NCBI RefSeq assembly: GCF_006345805.1
Contig: NC_043000.1
Span: 132,246,001 to 132,310,000 of the forward strand
Reading direction: 5' to 3'
Length of the DNA stretch: 64,000 bases
From: Octopus sinensis
Taxonomy: Eukaryota
Below are positions 12,811-24,443 of the stretch, in pieces; the first letter of the stretch is position 1; each line of letters starts with the position of its first letter. Under the pieces are notes generated by a model. It was given only the letters and a program-made list of their open reading frames with translations, was not told the DNA's origin and ran no database searches. The translations under genes and the position numbers were made by a program.

Positions 12811-13619
12811 TAATAGTGAAAAAGTTTATGAAAGTATTTAATTGAAAGGTTTTTCACTTTGTGTTCCTAAAGTCTGCCCTTTTTTCATTTTAATCTGTGG
12901 TCCCCAAAATTGATGACTCTTAAAAAGAATTAAGGTTGTAGACAAGTAAATCTGACCTCTTTTGTGACCATGTTTCTAGTTATATCCATCATCATCATCA
13001 TTTAACATGTCTTTTATGCTGGCATGGGTTGGATGACTCCAATATCTGCTTTCGCATGGTTTCTATTGCTGAATGCCCTTTCTAATACTAACCACTTTAC
13101 AGTGTGTACTGAGTGCTTTTTTTTGTGGCAATGACACTTGTGAGGTCACAAAAAATCCCCCTTAATTGCATGGAGGTTTAGTAGGTGACTGAGAGACTAA
13201 AATTTTGATAGAGACTGGAACAGGTGTTGTAGGGGAGCTATATGCTACCTCATATTATATAAAGGTGTGTGGGAATAGCTGTAAAGGGAGATAAAGGTAG
13301 CAGTGACAAGGTGTCAGGGCTTACTCTTAAGGTACAAGAAGTATAAGAGAGTCGACAGAGGATTGGGTAGGGTGGATGGGTAAGAGTGTTAGAGGGGAGT
13401 AACAGATGATTAGAGACAGGAGTAGGTATATGCAAGCATTTGGTGGGGGATTTTATCAAATAATTCAGTTCGTCATTATTTAGCTGGTTTTTGGAACATA
13501 AAATATTTCTTGCATAAAAGTAATGGAGAGTTTAGTTTGAATATGAATACATAAAAATGGACAGTTTTGTATCATTGAACCAGCGGCAGTGAATATTGAA
13601 AGGATTAAAGAAGCTTCTT

Positions 13620-13910
13620 CATCATCATCGTTTAACACCCACTTTCCATGCTAGCATGGGTTGGACGATTTGACTGAGGGCTGGCAAACCAGATGGCTGC
13701 ACCAGGCTCCAATCTGATCTGGCAGAGTTTCTACAGCTGGATGCCCTTCCTAACGCGAACCACTCCGAGAGTGTAGTGGGTGCTTTTACGTGCCACCGGC
13801 ACGAGGGCCAGTCAGGCGGTACTGCCAATGGCCATGCTGAAATAGTGCTTTTTATGTGCCACCTGCACAGGAGCCAGTCCAGTGGCACTGGCAATGACCT
13901 CGCTCGAATG
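13620..13910 (-). mobile_element. Family D retroposon with (GAT)n tail and internal ~65-bp subrepeats
   Basis: catcatcatcgtttaac..ccatgctagcatgggttggacg..ggatgcccttcctaacg; also seen at 17985-18432, 18972-19060, 25470-25980, 26640-26800, 30600-31130. Confidence 0.8.
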
Positions 13911-16255
13911 TTTTTTTGTTTCCTCTTTTCATTTTGATCAACTTTGAAATCAGTTTCAATTATAAAAAAAGTGGAAAATGTATTCGTTAGGTTTTGAGAT
14001 GTTTTATAACATTTATACACTGGATTGACATGTACAGCCATTGAGGAAGTGGTATCATAATCACAATGGATGAGAAGCAGAGCATTGAATTGGATGCTAG
14101 AGTTGCAGGTGCCAGCTCCAGCATTTGGTCCCCAGAAGATGAGAGGTTGGCATAAAAGCCTAACTTGTTAATCTTCAATTTAATTTTCATGCTTATCCTC
14201 ACCTATGAATGGTCATGAATGTTGGGTAATGACCGAAAGAGTATGACTGCAAATACAAGTAGCCAAAATGTGGTTCTTCAATGGATATCTGGAGTAACAT
14301 TACTTAGAGATCATGGAGTCTCTCTAGGCTGAGCCTCTACTTCTCCACATTGAGAGGTTACAGCTCTGGTAGTACATGTGATGTGTGATTAGCATGTCAC
14401 TGGAAAGGATCATAAGACAGGTTCCTCAAGCCAAGCCAACTGGCAAGAGACCTAGGAGTAGACCAAGAACAAGAAAGTTGGATATCTATAGTCTTAGTTG
14501 GTTGTGCTTAGGAATCCAGCCAGAAAATCTATTGACAGTTATTTCTGATAGCACTCTATGGAGGAGATGCCTGAGGACTCTACTCCCATGACCTTTCCAG
14601 GAATAGCAGGCAGAGAAGATGGATGAATGAAATGTATTTAGCAACTGACAGTGAGAAATGAATTAATATATTCTTTTCTGGCACAAGGCCCGAAATTTTA
14701 GGGGAGGGGGCCAGTCGATTAGATCGACCCCAATATGCAACTGGTACTTAATTTATCAACCCCAGAAGGATGAAAGGCCAAGTCGACCTCAGTGGAATTT
14801 GAACTCAGAACATAAACAGACGAAATATCGCTAAGAATTTTGTCCAGCGTGCTAACATTTCTGTCAGCTCACCACTTTAATGAATTAACATATTACCAAT
14901 ATTTAAATATTCTCCATAGGAAACACAAAATCACTAGGCATGGCTGTGTGGTTAAGAAGTTAACTTCTCTGGTTCAATCCCACTGTGCTGTAATGGCTTT
15001 GTCATCACTTCTGTCAACAGATTGTCTATTCTCTGTCTACCTTTGATGATGTGTGACATAAGAGGTTCTTTACTTGAAGAACTGATGTTAGCAATGGCAA
15101 AAGCTTCCAGCTATAAAAATTGCTTCAGTAATATACTTGTCTAACTCATGCTAGCATGGAAAATTTAACATAAAACAAGCAAAATAACTGTATTGCAATA
15201 ATTGAACCAAAAGGTTAGTCTGAGCTTCAATATAGACTCATCATGATATGGGTGTGTCTGCTAGAACAAATCTTGTACCACTGGCTTTAAAGGGTACTGC
15301 TGCCAAGCAAAGTATAGCTATTATGATGTGACATCATACAGGCAAACTGCCATTAAATCTAAGATGGAATGGTTGCATTCTATGAAGATTAGATAAAAAT
15401 TCTTTTGTTGCTATATGTGAAATGAATCTATTTTTTTTTTAAATTTAAGGTTTTTTCCAAATAATGTACTGCAGCACACTAATTTGTCTCAATCTGTTGT
15501 GATTGTTCTATAAAAAAAAAAAAAAAAATTAGCTCTTTAAAAATTAGAATGCTGTAATGAAATCCTAAATGTAAAGTCTTCATATCTATATTTAATATAT
15601 TTATTGAATAAAAAAACACCTGATAATTTTTCTGTTTCTTTTTTTAAAATTATTTATAAATTTATTGATTAAAATATATAATTTTTTAAATAAAAATATA
15701 TATGTTGGCTTTATGCACAATGTGTGCTATTGGTAACCAAAAAATGCTTAAGAACTACTGCTTCAATTCTTTTGCTGGTTTCCACTTTCTTGAATCTAGT
15801 CAAAATGTGTTTTCTTTGGGGAATTTATTCACATGATAAGCATTTAAATATTAAAGAAAATTTATTGGAAATAATTATGTAGTAAAGAAAAACAGTAATT
15901 AATGACCAATAGTATCTTAATTATTTTAGCAAATCTGAGAGAGAACTCCAAAGATGTCTTATCTTATGATCTCATCAGCAAAGACCACTTGTCAAAATAG
16001 TGACAAAAGAATTACTGAGTAAATAAGATTGCACAATGGTTAAAGAAATGCTGAAAAAATGAAATAATATTAGTTATTAGTATTGTTTATTTTTCCTCAC
16101 CACATATTTTTAATTAGCTTTTTGATATGATTGATTTCTCTGAATTATACATTTCCTGAGCAATTCTATTTTCCTACCCCAATAAATATACAGTCATATA
16201 TATAGATATTGATTCTTTCATATTACTTTGATAGTACAGTAAAGATTAAGCTTTG

Positions 16256-16297
16256 CTGATGAAGTCATAATTAAACTGAAACAAGTTCAGAATTGTC
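16256..16297 (+). ncRNA. Partial hammerhead motif (core, stems II and III, no stem I)
   Basis: CTGATGA-AGT..ACT-GAAA, ACAA/TTGT, GUC. Stem I does not pair. Confidence 0.4.
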
Positions 16298-17582
16298 TCC
16301 CATGCCATGCAAAAAAAAAGTGTAAATAATATTGGTTATTAGTATAATTCTTTTTAGTTAGCTTTTCAATGCTTCCCACATACGTTAATACTAACTGTAT
16401 TATTTTGTGTTTAGACTTTAACTGGTCTATCTCTGTTTTGGTTGTTTGCTGAATATTCATAACCTGGTTCTCATTGTAAAAGAACTGCATAAGTAATTTG
16501 AAATTTAAACAAAATCTATTATGACCGAATTTCACATGAACATCATACTCCAGCATGCTTACGGATGAGTTGCTACAAACAGTGTCTTTTAATGCCACTG
16601 GTCAAATTTAAAACACAAATATAGGCTCAGAATATTTATCAAATTTACATAAGCCTCTAACCTGAAATAAACTAGGTGACTGGAAGGTGAAAAATATTGA
16701 AATTATAGAATAGCAGGTAGAAACTATGTTTGCTATATATGACCCAGCTTGCCTGAAACTCTGATGTTTATGCACAAAATCTTCCATTGTAATTCTATGT
16801 ATGGGTATTTTGTTAAGTTGTGACACCAAACAACAATGTATAGGATCATCCACATGGTTATTTGGCCTGCTAGAAATTGCAGCCAAGTCTTCAGTTGATT
16901 CCTTATAACTTCACATTGGACATTATCATCCAGGGTTCACTTTGACTGCCAAAAGAAGAAAATAAAATAAAACAAATAAGTAAAGGGAATTCGATAGGAT
17001 GATCTTGATCAATGGTCTGTTCAGTCAGGGCTGACTTATAGCTAAAAATCAATTTCAACCACTTAATGAAAATACTTCCTAATTCTTGATTATTAATGTA
17101 ACTACTTGAAACATAGGCAGTATATTTCATTAGAAATATGATGACCAAAATGTTAAGCAATGCACACAAGAAAACATAGTGACTTTCCTTGTAGTTTAAG
17201 GAATTAGTGTGTCCATACTATCAGTAACAAAAGATTAAGAGTCCCAAGAAATTAGATTGCTCTTCATGACAGATCAGATGGTAATGGGAACCAGCTACAA
17301 GCTTTTCTCTTGAAATATCTGTCTATTGTGAATTCTTTTATTTCACAGAGGACATTGGAGAAAGGGCTTTTCACAATGTTTTATAGGTGTATGTATGACT
17401 GCGTGATTGAAAAATTTACTTCCCAATCACAAAGTTTCATGTTCAGTCCCATTTATGTGGCATCTTAGGCAAGTGTTTTGTACTACAGTCCTTGGTGGAC
17501 CAAAGCCTTGTGAGTGGATTTACTACATGGAAACCGAAAGAAGCTCATTGTGTATATTTAATGGAGCTGTTGTATGTGTGTA

Positions 17583-17975
17583 CTCTTTTTCTTTTATTTG
17601 TTTAAGTCATTTGACTGCAGCCATACTGGAGCACTGTCTTTAGTCAAACAAATCAATTCCAGGACCTATTCTTTGTAAGCCTAGTACTTATTCTATCGGT
17701 CGCTTTGACTGAACTGCTGAATTATGAGGACATAAACACACCGGCATCGGTTGTCAAGCAATGATGGGGTGACTCATGCATGCACAGACACACACACACC
17801 TATGTATATATATATATATGATGGGATTCTTTCAGTTTCCGTCTACCAAATCCACTCACAAGGCTTTGGTCAGCCCGAAGCTATAGTAGAAGACACTTGC
17901 CCAAGGTGCCATACAGTGGGACTGAACCTGGAACCATGTGGTTGGTAAGCAAGCTACTTACCCAACAGCCACTCA
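17583..17975 (-). mobile_element. SINE family B
   Basis: Reverse complement of the 12433-12810 family. Confidence 0.85.
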
Positions 17976-17984
17976 TATATATCA

Positions 17985-18432
17985 TCATCACTTAATGTCT
18001 GCTTTCTATGCTGGCATGGGTTGGATGGTTTGATAGGAGCTGGCCAGGCAGAAAACTGCACCAGACTTTTGTGTCTGTTTTGGCATGGCTTTTATGGCAG
18101 GATGCCCTTCCTAACACCAGTCACCCAGCAGAGTGGACTGAGTGCTTTTTATATGGCAGAAGCACAGACGAGATCAGTTTTGACATGGTTTTTAGTTGGA
18201 TGCCTTTCCAAATGCCAGCCACTTTACTGTGTGGACTGGATGCTTTTCGGTGGCATGTAAAAAGCACCCACTACACTCATGGAGTGGTTGGCGTTAGGAA
18301 GGGCATCCAGCTGTAGAAACATTGCCAGATCAGACTGGGCCTGGTGCAGCCTTCTGGCTTCCCAGACCCCAGTTGAACCGTCCAACCCATGCTAGCATGG
18401 AAAGCGGACGCTAAATGATGATGATGATGATG
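17985..18432. mobile_element. Two family D copies in opposite orientation
   Basis: Minus copy about 17985-18250, plus copy about 18250-18432 ending in (GAT)n. Confidence 0.75.
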
Positions 18433-18456
18433 ATATATATATATATATATATATAT

Positions 18457-18587
18457 ATTTATTTTATAGAAGGAGCTTCTACAGGACTAGAACTGTTTCA
18501 TTCAAAAGAAATCATCAGGAGCTTCCTGATGATTTCTTTTGAATGAAACAGTTCTAGTCCTGTAGAAGCTCCTTCTATAAAATAAAT
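18457..18587. repeat. Perfect palindrome, 64-bp arms with 3-nt spacer, in (AT)n
   Basis: 18457-18520 is the exact reverse complement of 18524-18587; spacer GCT. (AT)n lies directly left and from about 18656 on the right. Confidence 0.97.
18518..18572 (+). ncRNA. Type I hammerhead ribozyme (Penelope-like/retrozyme type)
   Basis: Stem I GGAGCTTC (18518-25)/GAAGCTCC (18565-72). Core CTGATGA (18526-32). Stem II TTC-tttt-GAA with a T.T at 10.1/11.1. GAAA (18545-48). Stem III ACAG/CTGT, loop TTCTAGTC. Cleavage triplet GUA, cut after 18564. Confidence 0.7.
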
Positions 18588-18652
18588 TAATTTACTCTGC
18601 TATGTATTGAGTACCTTATTTACTGTGGTTAACCCCGACTCAACCCGGGACC

Positions 18653-18708
<56 letters not shown>

Positions 18709-19897
18709 GTGTGTGTGTGCTTGTATGTATTTGTTTGTGACTTCTTGTCTTGATATCATATGATAGTTGTAAACGAGTGTCACTGTTATACAAGCAATGT
18801 CATTCATTTCTAATATTCTGTAAAATATTTGGCCAGGTGGGGGAGCATTACCTTGCTTGGAAACAAGCTGGTGGTTTGAAAGGCAATCTGTCCTTAGAAA
18901 ATCTGCCTCAGTAAACTGTTCAACCCATGATGCATCGAAAAGTGGATATTAAAATGATGATGATTATGGCATCATCATCATTGTTTAACGTCCGCTTTCC
19001 ATGCTGGCATGGGTTGGACGGTTTGACTTAGGAGTGGCAAGCCAGATGGCTGCACCAGACTCTGCTAGTAAACTGCTTCAGACTATTTTAAAATTAAAGC
19101 CAATAGAAATAACTATAGTTGAGCCAAGACAAATTGATTGAATTTATGTGTAAAAAATTATTTTATTTCTGTATTCAGAATACATAAAATGAAGTGTGTG
19201 TGTGATGTTTTTCTTTTCTTCAAACTGCATTCAGCTTGAGTTAGTTAAGATTGTATAGAACTCTTACCAATCACTGTGTCAATCTTTGAAACATTTTCAG
19301 TAATTTGGGAAAGGGATGTATATGTCATCATTATTGTCATTATCATCATCATCATTTAAATCCTCTTTCCATGCTAGCATGGGTTGATTCCAGTATTTTG
19401 AATGAACTCGGTTTATTAAGCCTACAACAAAAAATAAATAAAAATATCAATCAGTTTAGCTCTGTATTACTTTTCTTTAGTTATGAGCTTTAGAAAATAT
19501 CACAGAATCCCAATAATTATTTCCCACTTATATTGCTCTCAAGACTTAGTATTTTTGCATGTGATTAATAAAAAGGTTTTATAATGAAAATGTTAATATC
19601 ACTGGCATCCAAAATAAAGTGGAACACCGTGTACTTGGTGAATAGAACAAGGTATATGACTAGTACTTGTGAGCAATAGAATAGAAAAAGGCAAAGTTGA
19701 TCCTTTTTGGTCAAAAGCTAAGTTGATTCTACTTACAATATTTATAATATTTGTAAAGTTATGCTTGAGTTGGCTGACATTTCATAGTTCTGTACATAAT
19801 TGTGAGATAGAGACAATACTATACATCCAAAGCCAGCAGCTGAAGGCAGAGGTAAATCTTCTGGTAAACTGTGTCTCATCTGTTTGCAGTACCAAAT

Positions 19898-20286
19898 TAT
19901 ATACTATGAGCAAAACGCCCCCCTGTCCAATGGACGGTGCTGAGTTGTCAAACATTTAAACCAAATTTTCTCGAAACAACTTGTCCAACCGTCCCATAGG
20001 CCTCCCCTTTGAGAAACACTGATTTAACATAAAATTTGAGACACCAGCAAAAGAAGAAATAAAGATAGACTTTTTTTCTATTCCAAGAAAAATGATTTTA
20101 CAAATGCACGTTCCCGTGGCTTTATCAATCGCATTCTCACCTGGAATTGATTTTTATAACTTTTTCAAGATTTATACACGCCCTGATATCATCGGTATCT
20201 ACATATCAAATTTGAGCGCAATCGGATGGAGGATGCCCGAGATCCTAGAAGACACAGACAGACAGAACGGATTTTATATAATAGAT
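19898..20286 (+). mobile_element. Non-autonomous Helitron/Helentron-like element (Lep1/DINE-1/pearl type)
   Basis: 3' end aaatttgagcgcaatcggatgg..gagatcctagaagacacagacagacagaacggattttatataatagat, with the (ACAG)n stretch typical of these elements. Confidence 0.55.
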
Positions 20287-21552
20287 ATTTACTTGAGTAC
20301 AATGCAGTCTCAAATATAATGTGATACCAAGACAAAGTGACCATAATTATGTAAATTTTTCAGAGAAACTAACATGATATTTTGGTTTCAAATTTTGGCA
20401 CCAAGCCAGCAACTTTGTAGAAGTGGGTATTTCGATTACACTGACTCCAGCAGTCAACTGGTATTTATTTTATCAACCTCAAAGGATGAAAGATAAAGTT
20501 GACCATGGTGGAATTTGAACTCAGAACATAAAGCAAATGAACTGCAAAGCGTTTTTGCCTGGTGTGCTAAAGTTTCTGCCAGCTCACTATCTTAGCAATT
20601 TATATGATATTGCCAGGGTCTCTGGACTCGTGAGATCAGTATGGTGGATATTTAGTTTTAATGTAGGTTAAAATTTACATGAAAAAAATTTGGGCAGAGA
20701 GGAAATTCCAGTAGGATGGCCTTGTGAAGAAGAAGGATTGGGCAGAATAATTATTGTGGAGGCAGCGAAACCCAATAAAGATAAAGTGGGAAGGAGAAAC
20801 AAGTCTATTGTGTGCTGGTAGGTGATATACTAGAATTAGATAGTACAGAGAATCATATCAGAGACTGAGTAGCAATAAAATAAGTAGAAAGAGGTCACAT
20901 ATGTTGTAGTAAGGCTTGAATTTGTAACCGCCAAGTGTGTTTCATGTTTTTACCTCTCTCACTCACTCACGTGCATGTACACACACACACACACAAACTC
21001 ACACAAAATCATGCACACACAAACTCACCACACACAAACACACACTTACAAACTCACACACGCATACAAACTCACCTCCACATACACAAACTCATACACA
21101 ATTTAATAATGTATTTATTTTACTGACAGGTTGACAGTTTGAATTATGAAATCTTCAGGTTTGACTTTTAAAAAAAAAGTGTATATGTGTGTATCTTTAA
21201 ATTTATAGAAAGTTTTCCTTGTTCAAATACTTAACAAGAGTTGGTTCTAAATTATTGTTTCCTTCATATTTTGGAAAAGTAGAGATTCATTCAAACTATT
21301 AAACCTCTTCACTTTATCTCAAATATTCCCTCCAAAATGGTACGAACTATACTGAAAAATTAGTATAGCTAGAACTGGTTTCATAAGAATGAATAGATTG
21401 AATCAACCCAAGTGATGCCTTTATAAAGTTCTGCATTGCTGACTCACTGTTGTGTAAGTCTATTTTGGTTACACACCTCAACTCTTCTCTTTCAGTCTTT
21501 GAAAGTCAGTTATTTTTCTGTTGTCAGTGTTAGTTAGCTGCTGACTGCTACA

Positions 21553-22104
21553 ATGGGAAATACTGCTTCTAAAGCTGCAGAGCAGTTTCTTCACCGAGTT
21601 ATTGCATGTGGAGCTAAGAAGAAAAAATCACGAAAATCTGACATGTGCTCTGATAAAACTCCTTTAGAACAACCAACAACTATTAAAAATTCTTCAACTG
21701 CTGTTACCAAATCTTTTGTAGCTAATCAAGATAGAATGGAAAATATTGATGCTTGTGAAAACAATGGGAATATTGAGACAGCTTTAGTTGAGGACTATGT
21801 TTTAGTTTCATCCCGTAATCAACAGAAAGAAGATACAGCTATGTCTGTGGAGAATGTAACTGAGATGAAACCTTCATCAGATATGGATAAATATACCTGT
21901 GAAATTAAACCACAAAACTCTCCTACAAAACTACTTCATTCTATAGAAGATATTCCTCATTCAGACAGCACTTGTGTAAATCAAAAGTCCTGTAGTATTT
22001 CATCAGAAATATCTGCTTCCAAATCTAACCCATCTTTCACTCATGTCAGCCAAGATGCGACGAGTCATGTGGATTTATTAAAAAATGTTGATGAAAATAT
22101 TCAG
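21553..22104 (+). CDS. Putative alternative first (or cassette) coding exon of AIMP2, 184 aa, with N-myristoylation motif
   Basis: 552-nt stop-free frame in AT-rich intron, no recognisable TE motif. Kozak ACAATGG. Phase-0 donors CAG|gtaaaa (22104) and CAG|gtattc (22116) match the phase-0 exon 2 acceptor. Acceptor tcttctctttcag ends at 21495. Link to AIMP2 is inference. Confidence 0.6.
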
Positions 22105-22426
22105 GTAAAAGTACAGGTATTCTCAAATAACAATAACAGCAAAATAATTCTCTTTAATTTAATTGACATACATTTTATTACTAGTAACTATAATAGTGGC
22201 TGTTGTTACTATCTGGTTTGTATAACTGATTGAAGTGCATGCACCTTTATTTTTAAGTGGGTCATATATTATATGAGAATCACAAGGAAGAGAGCCTGTA
22301 CACCATGCTGCTTTTGTTAAACAGTTTTTTTATTCATATCCTTGAAATTCTCTTTGGTTATTGGTTTGTTACAACAATATAGGAATATTTAGTGGATGTT
22401 TTAAAAAGCGATTAATAATTACTTAA

Positions 22427-22620
22427 CCCTTTAGCATTTAAACTGACCATATCCAGCCAAAATATTCTACCTGTTTTATGTTCAAACTGACCAGATCCAG
22501 TCTCTCATATTTACAGTTTTATTCTAGAAATAAGCAATCATGTCATTGAAATCTCAAAGTTACAGGATAATGCATGACTGGTTCAAATAAATGCAAATAA
22601 CTAATCTGAATACTAAAGGG
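22427..22620. mobile_element. piggyBac-type MITE, 194 bp
   Basis: TTAA|CCCTTTAGCATT ... AATACTAAAGGG|TTAA; TTAA TSD and 12-bp TIR with 1 mismatch. Confidence 0.85.
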
Positions 22621-22878
22621 TTAAATATGTTTTTTAATATTGGCATAACATCTGAAATTTGGTGTGTTAGGGATGGGGGCAGGGTATTGGTTGATTACAT
22701 CAACTATGGTACTTATACTTTGTTTCATTGATCCTAGAGGGATGAAAGGTAAAATTGATCTCAGTGAGATTTGAACTCAGAATGTAAAGAGCTGTAACTG
22801 AATACTGCAAGGCTTTTTATTTAATGATTCTGCCTATCCACTATTCTTATATTTCTGTGTGTGTGTATGTATGTATGT

Positions 22879-22909
<31 letters not shown>

Positions 22910-24215
22910 TATATATATATATAATAAAATGTTCCATAGCTCATGGGGTGCCATTGAAACATTTGTTTACATGTATTGATTCATGCACAATACACTGGAG
23001 TAGTTTGTTGTTATCCTCTCCAAGCCCCTAAAAGGGTTTTGAGTTCAAAATTGGGAGCAAATGTAATAATTCTTAATTATGCAACAATGCTTTTGTTGCT
23101 TACAATAATAAACAGAGCTTGTTATTTATTCAGCTAAGAGGACCTAGTTTATTGAGAATTAAGTACATTTTCCAAGGACTCGACACTCTGCAGGTACAAT
23201 ATAAACTATCAACTTACCTGTATAACTTGTAGTCTATTAACTTAGCTGTCATTCTGCCTCTAAGTGTCAATAGATGAATAGAAGTGTTCAGTTGGTGTTG
23301 TTTAGTATTGACTCAGTGTGATAGGATAGATTTCTGATCAATACTGTTCCTCTTCCTAAGTATTTTTTTTTTTGCACACACCAGGATTACATTATCCTAT
23401 GGCTCCCTTTTTTTTTTAAAGTGTGTAGATGTGACTTAACTGTTTTTTTAGCAGATAAGTTTTCAATTAACATATATATAAAGGATTAAACTAGTTTGTG
23501 CTGATTTCTTGCTCCAATTCTATAATGGTCTGTTTCTTCAATTAATTTCTCGATAATTAACGACTTTGATGGGGAAATTAATTGTTTTTTTAATTTAATG
23601 AAACTTTTCTGTTTAAGACATTATTGTTCTTTTTTTTTTTTTTTGCTGAGTGATTTTATTTCCAACATTTCCTAATTATATTTCTTCTTTTAAAGAAACT
23701 GGTGACTATTTCAGTTCTTATTAATGTTCAGTAAGTTTCAGCTGACCATGTCAATAGTGCTGGTATTATCACAGTAGTGTTGTTGTCAATGGCTGGTACC
23801 TTATCACAGTAGTGTTGTTACCAAAACAAAGGCATTTGTTGTTTAGCTTCAGATCAGCCTGACTGAACAGGCATATGATTAGACATTCCAACTGCGACTA
23901 TCCCAGCTTGTTTTCAAGGAAGGACATTGTATCCAGTACTAAATTATCTATGTCCTTCCTTATTTCTCAAGATGGTTGAAATCTTATTTGGGTTAGATTT
24001 GGCTGCTATTCATAGCAGACCCAGCAACCACATGAAGCTACTTTGTTACTTTATCTTGGTATAGACTATGTAGCTTTAATAATGAATCATAGCGGGGTAC
24101 AATATGCCATTGAAAATTTTAGGGAACATTGTAAAATTGGTGACTTTTATTAGCTTACATAGCATAGTTAAAGTTCTCCTTTTGCCTTGATTCCATCACT
24201 GTGAAGTATATTTAC

Positions 24216-24443
24216 CACTTAAATGTGGCTAACCCCTAAGGGTGGATGCTATTGTAGCTTGTAACCCCAGGAGGACACCTCCTCCAGCTGGCTATTGATA
24301 CACTTTCTGTGCCCTATCAGTATTTGCAAAGGGAAGCCATCCTTCCCGTCTTCAACCTATGTCAATAGCCAGCTGGAGGAGGTGTCCTCCTGGGGCTACA
24401 AGCAACAGTAGCATCACCCTTAGGGGTTAGCCACATTTAAGTG
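24216..24443. mobile_element. Foldback MITE with ~83-bp TIRs
   Basis: cacttaaatgtggctaacccctaagggtg...cagctggctattga is mirrored by tcaatagccagctgg...ggggttagccacatttaagtg. Confidence 0.85.
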
